Part shown: positions 25,440 through 38,948 of the stretch, one piece after another
Layout: the number at the start of each line of letters is the position of its first letter
Numbering within the stretch: the stretch's first letter is position 1
From: Lama glama
Lineage: Eukaryota
Length of the DNA: 64,000 bases
Reading direction: 5' to 3'
Assembly: GCA_028534125.1 (NCBI GenBank)
Contig: CM052816.1
Location: 89,964,001 to 90,028,000 of the forward strand
Translations under genes and position numbers: made by a program
Notes under the pieces: generated by a model
The model's database searches: none
Told to the model about the DNA's origin: nothing
What the model saw: the letters and a program-made list of their open reading frames with translations, nothing else

Positions 25440-28338
25440 AAAGATCTTTTAAAATACGTCATACTCATGTGGCGTTCAGCCAGTGTGGGCTCTTTCAATT
25501 TAACCCCCTGTCCCCACACTGTGCTTGTCCCAGACTGAAAAGGATGATATCCTGAATATGCAGAGAACTTAAACAGATTTTGAGGTATGGGAAACCCTTC
25601 CAGGAATATTTGGCGTGGGGTAAGAGGAGGACAATTAAAAGCACTCTCCATCAAAAATAAACAAGCAAAAACACCCCCCAAAAGACAGGCAGCTTATGCA
25701 CGTCCATGTTTTTGTGAATGAAAGGCAGCTTGCCTTTTTAGAGATTTTTTAAAAAAATCTTGCCAATAGATATTGATAATGAGATCCATGAAAAATACAA
25801 CATCAAAAATTTGTTGTATATTGAACTTAATTTTGTTTACTCAACATCACTGATATTATCAATACTGCAGCTTATATTAACAAAAATAATAAGTTAAGTA
25901 AATTAGTATACAAAAACACCTTTTTTTACCTAAATTTATAGTCATGAACATCAGCTGACAGGCGTTGCTACTGATGTTTTTATGAATGCTATCCTAAAGA
26001 GATTTTTGAGCATTTAAAATTGCTTTCCATCTGTAAACAAGCATCTTATGCCTATTGACTCTAACGTTTGATTTTTAAAATATATTAAACTATAATCCAT
26101 AAACAAGTATAACAGAAAAATAGATTATTTTAATTGATAGTTGTGGAAAGAAAACAATGATTAGTAAAACAAATGCTTTTTGATAAAAACAGACTTCAAG
26201 CAGCATACAAGTGAGGAAGCTTAAATAAAGAAATTACTAGGAATTTGGTGTTTCTCACAAGTGGGCTTAAAAGAGCAGAGTTTTAAGGCACTGAACCAGA
26301 CAGAAGAGAAATGTAGAGAAAGAGGGTTTGGCACAGAAGAGTAACTGAGAAATGAACATCCCAACCCCATAAGAAATTCCGTGAGTCAAGGAACAGCAGA
26401 TATACAGCTGAGACAGAAATTCCAATTTTGAACGTGTCCTTTGCTACTCTGTGAGGAACCACCACTGGGTAAACAAACCTTCGACAAGACCTGCTACACA
26501 CAACAGCTGTGTGTTAGGGACATGCTTTCTTCGGCATTGGAGGGAGAGAGAGAGAGTGGATTTGCCAGGGAAGTGGGACAGCAGCTGTAGCAGCAGAGAA
26601 CACTTAGAATCCGCAAGATGGTGGGCAAACACGCAGTGGGATGGATTTCCACAGAAGCAGATGTTAGGTAAATTCTCATCTGAGAGTTTCCAGATTCGTT
26701 GGCAATTTTACAAGCTGAAATAAGCATGCAAGGAGTAGTGTGGATAGAGAGTCTGTCCACTTGACTTCTCAAGTTTGTGAGTTCCTAAAAAATTGTGATG
26801 TGGTTTTTGAATAAAGGATGATGCAAACAATGTGAACCTCATGGGTTGAAAGCATAATGTGAGAAATGCCATACAGGTGACCTTCCATTGTATAGATGTT
26901 CACAGGACAAATAACTTTATATGATCCAGGGCATAAGATTCATTAAGAAGTGTATTGACACCATTGTTTTCTTTTGGAGTTTTAGAGCTTCAAAACATCT
27001 GTTTATTTTCTCTCAAATACTTCTTCTTTGGATTCTCTTCAATGATTTTGTACTTTAATGATCATGGAATTATTAAGAACTAAGCACAGTCATTTCAAAT
27101 CTGTTAACTTTTTCGGTTTTAGGTATGTGTACTCACTTCATTTATTGATATACTTCCATATCCACAATATCCTGCTGCATCATTTTTCCACCTATATCTT
27201 CATATAATCTTAGAAAATTTAGAGTAGATTATAAACAGAATTATAGCATATGTATAATATACAGGCAATTCATATGCAATAAGGTGGCTGTAACTGTTAT
27301 AAGAAAAAATTTGATTCTCAGATAACATTATTTCTTTATATTTTGAAGTGTGGATTTAAATGCTTGCAGCCTATCATATTATACAATTCCAAATTTAATT
27401 CACTTACCCTTCTCTACTTAGCATGCAATTTCTCTAAAACATAGAGGATGCATCCTAAGACAATGGAGACAAAGGCTAAATTGGAATTCTTGCCAGCGTA
27501 AGTACTGTGCACACGCACTTCACAACATTCTCCTTTTAACACTGGGCTTGATACATTTTAGCTCTCTTGTAAATCACTTCTAGAAACGTATGTCAAATAT
27601 AAATAACTCTACTTCCCATATAAGAATTTCTGTTTAAAAATGTCTATTTTGTCCATATAGCAAGGATGAAAACAAATCTAGGAAACAATCCATCAAAGTT
27701 ATAATAAAAGTTTAAGGTTACCAAATGTGGAAATTCTATGAAAAATATGTTATTGAGCATTTGCTGGAGGCCTGGGATTAAAGAATTATTCTATTTGAGG
27801 TCCGCCTCTTATTAAATAAGTATACTTTAGCCAGTTTACCAATAAAATTTGTGACCTCTTTGCAATAGGTAAAATGCAATTTCCTTTCCAGTCGGAGAGG
27901 CATTATACCAAATGTCTTTCTTCCCACTCAGTTGCTCTCCTTTATGACTTGGAGTTCATAAAGCAATTCCCTAGCCTGAGAAGAAAAAATAAACAAGCAA
28001 ATGGCAGCACTTAAGGAGCCCCAGGCATAACACCTAGAATAATCTGCAATATAACATTTATCAAGCAATAGTGAGTTACAAAACATTTGAGAAATTTGTT
28101 TCTGGAGGGAGTTGAGGGAGCTCATTTGAATCCACTTTGTCTCATAAAGGAAACATTGTGTTCATAAAACCACGGGAACATTAGGAAAACAGCTGTTTCC
28201 TTTCAAAATAGAGCAGCCACATCAGGTGTAAATTCCACCAAGGGTCTGGCTTAATCAAGCATCCCATATTATGCAAAATACAATCCAGTCTGTAATTTTC
28301 AAATAGAAAAAAAAAATTACAACTTTATATTTTCACAC

Positions 28339-28374
28339 CACAATAACACAATAACATAACATAACAATAACATA
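28339..28374. repeat. Imperfect (CAATAA/CATAA)n simple repeat
   Basis: CACAATAACACAATAACATAACATAACAATAACATA. Confidence 0.7.
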
Positions 28375-28519
28375 GTATTCCTTTATCATAATTTTAGCTT
28401 TAATTTTTTTGTGCACCCTCCCCCAGTTAATTGTGGCCTATGTTGAGTGAATGTAAAATACATGGAAGACTATTTTATTTTTCAGAAATCATTCTCTTCT
28501 TTCCTATGCCTATCAGAGG

Positions 28520-28874
28520 ATGATATTCCCCTGCCCTTGTCCAGTGAATTTCAGTACCTCTGGATGAGCGGTGTCTATGTCACCAGTCACAGTATCAGGC
28601 CTGGCCATGTGATTTGTTTGTCCAGTAACATCTAAGTGGAAATGTGCAAGCAAATGCTTTAATGCAGTTGTGTGGTTGTTGCTTCTCCCAGGTCCACGAA
28701 AATGCCCCTCTCCATGACACCTCAACCTTAGTCCCCAGCCTCAGTCCAAGCAGCCTGGAGAAGAGCCACAACTAATGCAGCCCTCCTCTAAAATCAGCAA
28801 GAAAGAAATCTCAGATGTTGTAAGCTACTAAGATTTTTAGGCTTATTTGTTATGTAGCAAAACTTGCTAATACA
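28520..28874 (+). mobile_element. Old MaLR LTR (MLT1H/I/J-like)
   Basis: GGCCATGTGATTTGTTTGTCCAGTAACATCTAAGTGGAAATG and the 3' end GTTGTAAGCTACTAAGATTTTTAGGCTTATTTGTTATGTAGCAAAACTTGCTAATACA. Confidence 0.6.
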
Positions 28875-28933
28875 ATATGAAGATTTGCCCCCATTATTTT
28901 TAGTCAATTTTGAATACAAAGTTGTTTAAAATA

Positions 28934-29433
28934 NNNNNNNNNNNNNNNNNNNNNNNNNNNNNNNNNNNNNNNNNNNNNNNNNNNNNNNNNNNNNNNNNNN
29001 NNNNNNNNNNNNNNNNNNNNNNNNNNNNNNNNNNNNNNNNNNNNNNNNNNNNNNNNNNNNNNNNNNNNNNNNNNNNNNNNNNNNNNNNNNNNNNNNNNNN
29101 NNNNNNNNNNNNNNNNNNNNNNNNNNNNNNNNNNNNNNNNNNNNNNNNNNNNNNNNNNNNNNNNNNNNNNNNNNNNNNNNNNNNNNNNNNNNNNNNNNNN
29201 NNNNNNNNNNNNNNNNNNNNNNNNNNNNNNNNNNNNNNNNNNNNNNNNNNNNNNNNNNNNNNNNNNNNNNNNNNNNNNNNNNNNNNNNNNNNNNNNNNNN
29301 NNNNNNNNNNNNNNNNNNNNNNNNNNNNNNNNNNNNNNNNNNNNNNNNNNNNNNNNNNNNNNNNNNNNNNNNNNNNNNNNNNNNNNNNNNNNNNNNNNNN
29401 NNNNNNNNNNNNNNNNNNNNNNNNNNNNNNNNN
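28934..29433. other. Assembly gap, exactly 500 N
   Basis: A run of 500 n. The round size suggests a scaffolding placeholder rather than an estimated gap length. Confidence 0.99.
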
Positions 29434-30029
29434 TATTCTTGCACCTGCTGGGATTCCTGAAGAATCTGGGGCTTTGCATCTTCACTGCAGGCTCTTCCTG
29501 CTTTCAAGCCTTAGTCACTGTTTTGCTCAGGAGAACTCTACATCCACATCTCTTAGCCCTAATGCCAAAACTCCCAGAAGTCTGAAAACTAAAAATGCTT
29601 AATAGCAAAACCAGACCTAGTGGGAATGTGCAGAGGTCTCAGGATAGAGCTATGTATATATTTGTTTCAATCTTCCCCATGGCTTTATGCAATGGAAATT
29701 ATACGCACTGTATTGTATTGGAAAAAAATGGAAAATTTCTAAATTTTCAAACCTACTTCACCCCATTGAGGTTGTGTTATTGTACTTGAATCTCTCCAAA
29801 TTTGGTTGTTCTTTGTGCTGTTTGGCTCTGTGCTATGGCTTCTCCTTTTCCATTACCCTCCTTAGCCACAGCCCACCTTGCTGCAAAACTAAACTTCAAT
29901 TGGCCCTGGTTACACAAAGCATTCATTTGTAATTTTACTGCTTGCTCCTTAGAGTTAAGAACCAGTTTTCTTTTCAAGTCACTAAGTCCCTCAAGACACG
30001 GACTTCTCCATTATGTATTATTCCTCCTC

Positions 30030-30360
30030 TAACAAATGAACAGAAACCTCAATTAAATATAATCAGAGACCAACAGGGAAGGCTTTCCAGCTGGTGACAA
30101 TAGCAGAGCCCAACAGGAAGAAGACAGACTCGTTTCCAGGCAAGGACTCAACCAGTAAAAAGCCACGGACACTTTGATTACCACAGTCCTCCCAACTCTT
30201 TTTCCTCTCCATAAAAGCGTCCTCCTTCCCTCGTGTGCCCACTGGGGCTTGCTCGTGGCACAGCACGGCTGCAGACCATGAAATGAAATTCTCTGCTGAT
30301 CCCAAATAAACCCATCTTTGCTGGAGACGTATCTGGCAGTCTGTATGTTTTAGGTCAATA
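30030..30360 (+). mobile_element. ERV1-like solo LTR (same family as 61108-61441)
   Basis: AACAGAAACCTCAATTAAAT...CATAAAAGC (TATA-like)...CCCAAATAAACCCATCTTTGCTGGAGACGTATCTGGCAGTCTGTATGTTTTAGGTCAATA. It aligns along its length with the reverse complement of 61108-61441. Confidence 0.8.
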
Positions 30361-32948
30361 CGGCTTACAGATTAGTATGAATTGCCTTTCCCTCATCCTC
30401 TGATAACCCTGTCTTCACTCGCTTCCATCTGACCCCGAAGCTGGCAGCACGTTTGAGGTTTTTTCCCATGGTTGCACTCTTCTTTCATGACTAATTCTTG
30501 CTTCAGTACAGAAAGGCTTGGCTATTTCTCATTCTCATTCACACCATGTCTCCCTTGCAGGTTGATGGAGACCTGGGTTCATTGTCTCACAGACGCTCCC
30601 ACTGCACCAGCAACCACCATGTTGACCATCCCCTGTTACATGCCAGGAACACCAGGGCATGCTGAAGGGGCTTCCACCAGCGGGTGATGAAACACTCTGG
30701 TCAGTTCACAATGTGTGGGCCTGAATTACTCACACGGTTCCACTAAAGCCCAAGAGGGCAGAGAATTGCAATGCAATATTTGCCCAGAAATGGTGCGACC
30801 AGAAATATTAGATGCAAAGCCTTAATGAGTACCTCAGAGGATAAACCAAAGATATCCTCCAGATTCTGAAAGTCAGAAAATTGACTAGGAAGGACTTTTA
30901 CATATTAGGCTCACACAAGCAACTGTGATTTTGAAGACATACACAATCAGCATAATTATTTGATTATGTCCCATCTAAAACTCACATTGTGAAATAGACG
31001 TTTATGAGATAATTTATGGAGCTTATGATGATAAAAATAATATGATAAATTAGAATCCTCATTTTGAGTTATTAGATAAAAGCCTTTACTCATAAAAAAA
31101 CTTACGCGTCAAGGTGATTTTTTTTTTTAATTCCTGTAATTTCTGCTAATGATGTGACTGGATGCTGGGCAACATCTGTTGTTTTCAGATTTCAACTACC
31201 CATTGGGTCACTTGTAAATTTTTATACAGATTATAAACTGTGTTATTAAGATTTAGGAGAAAAAACAATTTAGCTAAACAAAATATTAATTAGAAAGGTA
31301 TATTATTTGCTGCCTATGTTAAAGCTGAATAATTTACCTTCTCAAGAAAACTTGCATCAAAGAAAACATTGCAGCTATGGTGTTGGCTCTGCAGTTGAAT
31401 AATTAAATAAATGAAATCCCAAGCTTCAACTTCCAGCAGATAAATCAACTGGAACATTTTTATTGTTTCTACAATGTGAATTTCCTCATGAAAAGAAAAA
31501 TCAAGCATCTTCATTATTTTCTGAAAAACATTTTTCCTTTGGTTCTTAGCATTTTTTCCAGCTGTTTTTACATCAGTTATTGCTAGCTTCCTTCTAAATG
31601 GCTTATGCACAATACAATCCATCAATATCAAAATTAGTTTCTAGAAATGGCATATTATAGGAGTGCAAATTCTTACTGTAGAATCAATAATCTGGCAAAA
31701 CACATATTATTTTTCTTAGTCTAAGGATACATTTATGGGTATTTTTCTTGAAACCTGGGGGAAAATGAACACCATCAATACTACAAATATACAATCACAT
31801 CCTATTATCTTTAATTATATAGGAAGAACATTGCACTGATAACTATATTTAAAATTGGTTACATAGTAATTTAGAACTACTATTAATAGGAGCACTACTT
31901 TTTGTCAATAGTTTTCTAAAGATGAAGTCAATTTATTTCTAAAAGTTAACACATTTCTTTTCTAAACATAGTTACCTAATTTGACTTATGAAATATACCA
32001 ATTAACAAAATACCCAATACATGATGAATATGCCACACAACCTTCTGAAAATTCTTCAATTATTCCTAAGTCTCCTTCACATGAGCTACAAATCTTTACA
32101 CAATTTGAGCCCTCCTTGATTCCAGGTTATCTTGTACTGTGATGTGCTCTATCTCTTGCTCTGCATCAATTTTACTGGCCTTTATTCATTCCTTAGGACT
32201 TTCCCAATTTGCTCCAGTAACAAGAACATTAGCATATGCTGTTTCCTCCGTGTGAAACTCCCCTTGACGCTGTCTGCCTAGTTACACTTTATTAGATAAC
32301 GTGGTGTTTCTGCATTTATTCATTCCCAGTACTTTGGGTGACATTATCCCAGAATTCCACCAGGAATCATCTGTCAATTAGCCTTAGCCTCAGTTTATGT
32401 GGTTTGTGTGAGGCTGCACCCAACTCCATGGGAGAAGCGTGTGTCCCCAAAATGCCTAGTCATCATAATTGCATCCTCCAGTCTCCACCAAGATTGTTAC
32501 AGGGATGGAAGAAGGACCCAAGTCAATCCCATTAGGATGATTTCTGGAAATTTTATGAGTGCTAGGGCTGAAAACTACGACAGTTATACCTGAGCTGCCA
32601 GGGGGTCAGCTGGAGCAGAAGAGCTGCCTGGGAAAGAAGCCAAGATGGAAAAGAGCAGATGGACGAAATGGCCTTGTGTGGGCCCCAGATCCATGCAGCC
32701 AGATTCTGTGTCATACTGTTCTCACTCTCTTATCTCTAGTGCCACTGGCACATCCTGGGCAGTTAATATATTTGTATTATTTTTAAAAATGAATATCAAA
32801 GTGTTAAAGTATTTGTATTTTAATGTGTGTGCTTTGTATAGATATTCTTCATAGTCTGAATTATTAATTAATCCCTCATTTCAATCATCTATCAACAAAA
32901 TGTCATTGCAGGACTAATTACTGTATGCTTAGCAATTAGCATGTCCTT

Positions 32949-33617
32949 TTTTTTTCTTTTCGATGGGGGCAAAGAATAGTGATTTTATTCAGAAAGCCAG
33001 CAGACTAAGAAGATGGTGGACTAATGTCTGAGTTTGAATTCAGGCTTATTTTTAAAAATTTTTATTTATTCATATTTGTTTGTTTATTTTTATTGATCAG
33101 TTTCTGGTGTACAGCATAATGTCCCAGTCATACATATACACCTATACATTCCTTTTCAAATTCTTTTTCATTAAAGATTATTACAGAATATTGAATATAC
33201 AGTGCTATACAGAAGAAAGTTATTTTTAATCTCTTTTTATATTTAGTAGCTAATATTTGCAACTCTCAAACTCCCAAATTTATCCCTTTCCACTCCTTTC
33301 CCCTTGGTAACCATAAGATTATTTACTATATCTAAGTTTGTTTCTATTTAGTAGATGAATTCACTAGTGTCTTCTTAATTCTTTTTTTTAGATTTCACAT
33401 ATGAGTGATATCATAGGGTATTTTTCTTTCTTTTTCTGGCTTCTTCATTTAGAATGACGATCTCCAGGTCCATCCGTGTTGCTACAAATGGTATTATTTT
33501 GTTATCTTTTATGGCTGAGTAGTATTCCATTGTATAAATACACCACATTTTCTTTATCCAGTCGTCTGTCAAAGGAAATTTAGGTTGTTTCCATGTCTTG
33601 GCTATTGTATACAGTGC
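32949..33617 (-). mobile_element. Camelid L1 3' end (ORF2 C-terminus + 3' UTR) with 3' transduction and 12-bp TSD
   Basis: ORF 33411-33641 reads ALYTIAKTWKQPKFPLTDDWIKKMWCIYTMEYYSAIK, the L1 ORF2 C-terminus. The TSD TAGCATGTCCTT is at 32937-32948 and 33618-33629. Confidence 0.95.
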
Positions 33618-33629
33618 TAGCATGTCCTT

Positions 33630-34530
33630 GTCATGATGCAATGATGACCCAGACTAAGACAATTTATTTTGCTTGAAAAAGGGGTTACAATGTACTTAAG
33701 GAAAACAAAGGGACAAGTAATTAGAAGTAAGTATATTTCAATTAAAAAAAAAGAGAGAGAAAGAAGTAAGGTGAGTCCTGCAAAAAAGAAACACAGAATA
33801 TCATTGAAAGGAGTATTAATCTGGTCTCTGGCACGAAAAGAAGATGGAGGTAGGAAAACCTTCCCTCAAGAAGAAGCATTTAAACCGAAACCAGAAGATA
33901 AAATAATTGAGAAGGGTCAGGGTGGGTCTTTCATGAGCCATCTGTGTGAAGACCAAGAGGAAGGATGACTACAGAGCAGACAAACAGGGAGAAATGATAA
34001 AAAGTGCAAGTGGAATATTCACAGAAATTAGTACATGCAGGGGCTTTTAGGATACATTACATTTTCTGAACTTCAGCCTAAATGCAAAAGAATTCTATAA
34101 ACTAGTTCATGTAGGAAAGTAGCATGTCAAAATGTGCTATTTTAATAATGACTTTGGTGCAGAATGATGAATGAGTGGCAACAGTGGGGCATATTACAAG
34201 AGTCCTGTCAAGAAATCATATTAGAGTTATTTGGACTATACTGGTGGCCTATTACAATGACTTAATTGATTGATGACATTTGACTAATGTTAACAAAAAT
34301 AAATGTTTCTGAGAGATTTCTTTTAAGAAGAACATATTTAGTAGTAGAATGTAAGATATATTTGGTATTTAATAAGCTATAGGGAGTGAGGAAAATGAAG
34401 ATATAAATATTCCCAGATTTCAAGTATCAACATCTCGCTTCCATTTATTACAAAAAATAAATAAATTTACAACTTTAGGGGAGGGAGTTATGGGGAGATA
34501 ATAATTTTGTTATTAGTCTTAAGAGTAAAT
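33630..34530 (-). mobile_element. Degraded L2 fragment (target of the L1 insertion; its 3' tail lies at ~32870-32936)
   Basis: Antisense L2 tail CATTTCAATCATCTATCAACAAAATGTCATTG left of the L1, with purine-rich L2-like sequence on the right. Confidence 0.45.
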
Positions 34531-35091
34531 TGGCACTAAGCAAGCTATTTTAACTCTTGAAGCACTACAAATAATGGTTTAAAAGATTTAAAATCTTGAA
34601 TAGTTTAACTTTATAATTTTGTAAATGACTGCATAATTTACAAAATTACTAAATTTCATTGTGTTGACAATATACTAAATTGAAATTATAAAAGTGTATT
34701 CAATATGTATGAGTTAAATTCATTTACCTGATAAAATGAAATATATCACCTGATCTTCAAATTTTTTGGTATTCAACCCAGAATTTGAAGGTAGAAGCTA
34801 AGGATGAGCCAAAGAGAAAACACTGAGTAAAAGAATAATCATTCCAAGATGTTCTAGGACAAATACAGATTATAAATGCAAATGAAAATCTGATATGAGA
34901 GTGAGCATTTTGGTCCCGAGTGATAATAAGAATACTGAGAAAGTTAAACCCAGAACAATGAACAGGCTCAGAACCCACCAGACATAGAGGCACACAATGA
35001 AATCTGTCAAGCAAAGCTTTGGGTCATGACTTGAAAACAAGATACAGATCTGTTGTTTATGCTTCTCTTCCACAAAGGTGACATAAATCAA

Positions 35092-35123
35092 GCACACGCA
35101 TACGCACGCACGCACACACACAC
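35092..35123. repeat. (CACG)n/(CA)n microsatellite
   Basis: GCACACGCATACGCACGCACGCACACACAC. Confidence 0.85.
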
Positions 35124-35319
35124 GGCTGATTGATGTGATGTCGAAGTTACTCCTGGAAAATTACCCACCAAGTGGCATAGGGACATGACGCACTGTGGAG
35201 CTCCAAAAGTGGCCAATATTTGATGTGTTCTCTTTTAAGTCTTCATGCATATTCTGCCTTTTGCTTCGTAGCATATCCACGCTACGTGTACAATTATATT
35301 TTAGACAGTTAATGATTCA

Positions 35320-35745
35320 GTCCTCTTGCTCTCTTTGCTGTCTTTCTGTTGTTCACCAGATTTGAGGATTGGCTTCTACTTCATAGCTAATGAACCTACT
35401 TTTTCTTCAGCCTGGAATATTCTCTGTCCAGATCTAAGCACCGCTGAAGAACTTCCAGTATTCAAATTTCTGCTCAAATGTCACCTGACAAGAAAGCACT
35501 TCCCTGTGCTGTTCTGTGTAAATTAACCACCCGCTTCCCTCAGCCTTGTCAATTTCCCATGCCCTGCTTTCTTTTCCTTCACAGCACTTTCCCCCACCAG
35601 ATAAGTATGTGTGCATTAGCATGTTATCCCTTTGCCTCCCTAGATTGCATACTGCAGGAGGCAAGGACTTTTGTTTTGTTCGGTGCTGTATCCCTAATGC
35701 CTACTGCACAATAGATGATCAATAAAATTTGTTAAATTAATGACT
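35320..35745 (+). mobile_element. L2 3' end
   Basis: TTCAGCCTGGAATATTCTCTGTCCAGATC...CTGCTCAAATGTCACC...CTAGATTGCATACTGCAGGAGGCAAGGACTTTTG...TGCTGTATCCCTAATGCCTA...CAATAAAATTTGTTAAATTAATGA. Confidence 0.75.
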
Positions 35746-37434
35746 AATTCATATAGTTTATCATGTATGTTTTCAGACAGGCAGGGTTCTACAACAAACT
35801 CTGGCTCTGTGCACGTCAATTTGGTAAGTGAAGATTGAGATAAGTAAAGGAAAATGATTTTGGAAAAGTTAATACCTGATTGTGTTGAAACTTTAACCTT
35901 ATGTCAAAGACTGTTGATTGTTTGCAGAAAAAAATGTTTGGATAGCTAATAACATGGTAAAATCTTTGACCTTCACTTTTGATGGGCATATCTTTAGAAA
36001 ATGCATATTTAATTACTTTACAAAGGGGCACATTGTCTTCCAATGACACAAACTTCATGCACCTTATCTGTTTTGGTCTGTTCCTGGAACAGTGGCAGGC
36101 ACATAATAGGCACTGATAAATAATTGCTGGAAAAGTGAATGAATAAATAAATGAATGAATCTAGTCATGGTTGTTATCACTGTGTCTAGAATTCTTCAAT
36201 TCCTGTCTTTGGTTCATCAAAAACTGTGTCCCCTTTCTCCTGAATTTACACCCTCTCTGTACCTTGACTCCTCACCTCCTTACAATTACCAGATTAATAA
36301 TCAGATTGAAATATGAAGTTCAAAGTCTTCAGAAATTATAAACCTAATTAAGTTAGAAATCTAATTTAATTAAACCAGAAATTTTCTTGAGGTGGTTATT
36401 GTACTTTGTGTAGTTGTGATACAGTTGCATAAAAAGGAAATGACCTCTAAATAACTTGGACTAATTATTAAGCACATCTAGGGGCATTCTATTAAAAAAT
36501 GTAGAGCATTTTTAAATCATACCAAGAAGTACACACAATCTGGTTTAATCAACTTGAAAGCCAGTCTGGTAGGTAGGGGTGTTACTTCCATCTTGGGGAT
36601 TTTAGACTACCACCATAATTTTGAGAGATGTGAAAAACAGTGGTAGATTAAGCTCACATAAAGCATAAACAACTCTAAATGACAGCCTTTAAGAGTTACA
36701 ACATTTACACTTGACCCACTTGTAGTCTAAACCTGTAAGAGTCGTTTGGTTTTCAGTAAAACCTTCATGGCAAGAGCCAGATAAAATGTTCAGCCTTGGT
36801 GAGTGTCCTCAACTGGAATGGTCATTAAGTCATCTCACAATGTTATCAGGTCATTAAGAACTGTCTAAAGTCACTCAAGATTGTTCCCAGGGCCTACTTA
36901 GTGACTCTATTCAACAGTGTACCATTCCAGTTGCAGTTAGGAAAACTTTATTGTGTGGGAAGTGGCACTTTCCAACAAAAGTACAGCCAGAAAACATTTT
37001 TTAAAAAGTAAAAATAAAAGTTCCAGAGACAGAGGAGAAATTCAATGAAACAGAGCTCGCAATCAGCTGTTTCTGTAAGGAATGACTAGGCAAAAATCAC
37101 AAGGTAGAAATCCTTGTTTTGACCCCAGATTGTAGCTCTTCGTGCTTGATATCTATTCAAGATTGTTAACTCTTCTGTTAAAAGGATTGGCCTCACTCCC
37201 TCATGAGCTCCTTCATTCTTGCTCCACTTCCTTCTTCTACATTAAGAGAAATCTCTCGAATTCCTTTATTCACATTAGATCAAAAGATTACAGTTTGAAT
37301 GCCCTTCATTTTACAGGGAAGTTTTCTTCTTCACATTACTCAAACTAAAAGTTTGAAGTTCTAAATTCTACTTGTAAAATCTGAAAATCAACCAAGATAT
37401 GTTCAAGGAACCAGTATATATTTTGGTTACTTAA

Positions 37435-38265
37435 AATGTGAACACCATCATAATTTGTGAGATGCAGTAAAAATAGTGCTTAGAGAAATACACACCATTG
37501 AAAGCATATATTACAAAGATCTAAAATCAATAATCAAATTTTCTACCATTGGAAACTAGAAAAAAAAGAGCAAATTAAATCTAAATTAAGCAGAAGAAAA
37601 GGAATTATAAGAATTAGAGCAGAAATTAATGCCACTGGAAACAGGAAATCCATAGACAAAACCAACAAAACCAAAAGCTGCTTCTTTGAAAAGATAAGTA
37701 GAACCAGTAAAACCCTCACCAGGCAAACAAGGGGAAAAAGAGAGAGGACACAAATTACTAATACCAGAAATGAAAGAGGGGACATAACTACAGATCCTAT
37801 GAATGTTAAAATTGTAATAAAGAATCTATGAACAACTTTATGCCCACAAATTTGATAATCTAGATGAAGCTGACCAATTCTTTAAAAGATACAATCTGTC
37901 AAAACATATACAAGAAGAAATGGATGATCTGAATATGCCTAAATTTATTAAAGGAATTATATCTGTAATTCATAATTTTCCAAGACATAAAGCACCAGAC
38001 CCAAATGAGTTTACTGGTGAATTCTTCAAACATTTAGGAAGAAATTATACCAAGTCTCTAGCTCTTTCAGGGGATAGAAGCAGAAGGAATACTTCCTAAC
38101 TCATTCCATGTGACTAGCATTACCCTGATACCAAAAATCAATTCAAGACATTACACATACACACACAAAAAGAAAACTACACATCAATATCTCTCATGAA
38201 CACAGATACAAAAAATCCTCAAGAAAATACTATCAAATTAAATGCAAAAAAGTATAAAAATAATT
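37435..38265 (+). mobile_element. L1M ORF2 fragment (post-endonuclease region to RT start)
   Basis: Decayed ORF2 motifs: NL*DAVKIVLR (cf. NLWDAAKAVLRGKF), ...YEQLYAHKFDNLDE..., APDPNEFTGEF (cf. SPGPDGFTGEF), NYTSISLMNTD (cf. NYRPISLMNIDAK). Confidence 0.9.
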
Positions 38266-38818
38266 GTTTTACATTGAAACACATTGAATCAATGAAAATC
38301 CGTAAATCTGTCATGATAATTAAACAAAGAAAAACAACTAAGCAGGCAGAACAGTTCAATTATTAACAGAGTCATCTAGGAAACCAAGTCTTTAAAAATA
38401 TTAAAATTATGGCTAAAATCTTGGGGAAGTTTTTGAATTATTTCTTTATCTTGAACCTCACCTCCAGGAGTTCCCATGGAGTCTAATCTTCAAATTATAT
38501 CCTGAATCAGGTCACAAATCGCCACTTGCAGGTGGACCCAGAGTTACTATGTCTTAGTAGCTCTCTGGGTTCTAGCCCTTTTTGTCAATTTAGAGGATTT
38601 TGCAACACAGTGGCTAGATGTGTTATTACCTAAGCCAGGTCAAGTCACCTAGATATTGAAAAGCGCATAAATGGTTGATGGGAGTATAAATTTACATAGT
38701 ATCAAAGTAACCTCACAACTTATAACAAGGAAAATAAACAAATTTAACAACACAATACAAGGATCAGACTGTTATCACTCTAGTAGTTAATTTAAGAAGC
38801 ATTTATATATCTTCTGAA

Positions 38819-38948
38819 TAAGGTTGTCTGATTTAGCAAGTAAAATTTTGTAGCACTCAGTTAAATTCGAATTTCAGGTAACATAATTTTTAGTATCATC
38901 ATTTTCCATTCACTGGTAAGGAGTCTTGTATTTTGTCTGGCAACTCTA
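38819..38948. mobile_element. MER53-like hAT MITE, internally deleted
   Basis: Terminal inverted repeats TAAGGTTGTCTGATTTAGCAAGTAAAA ... GTATTTTGTCTGGCAACTCTA, with internal CAGTTAAATTCGAATTTCAG. Confidence 0.75.

Noticed and set aside
28904..29602. The three longest ORFs (193-230 aa)
   Set aside because: They are long only because they run through the 500-N gap.
33411..33641. 76-aa ORF with a recognisable protein sequence
   Set aside because: It is the C-terminal remnant of L1 ORF2 in a 5'-truncated copy, not a host gene.
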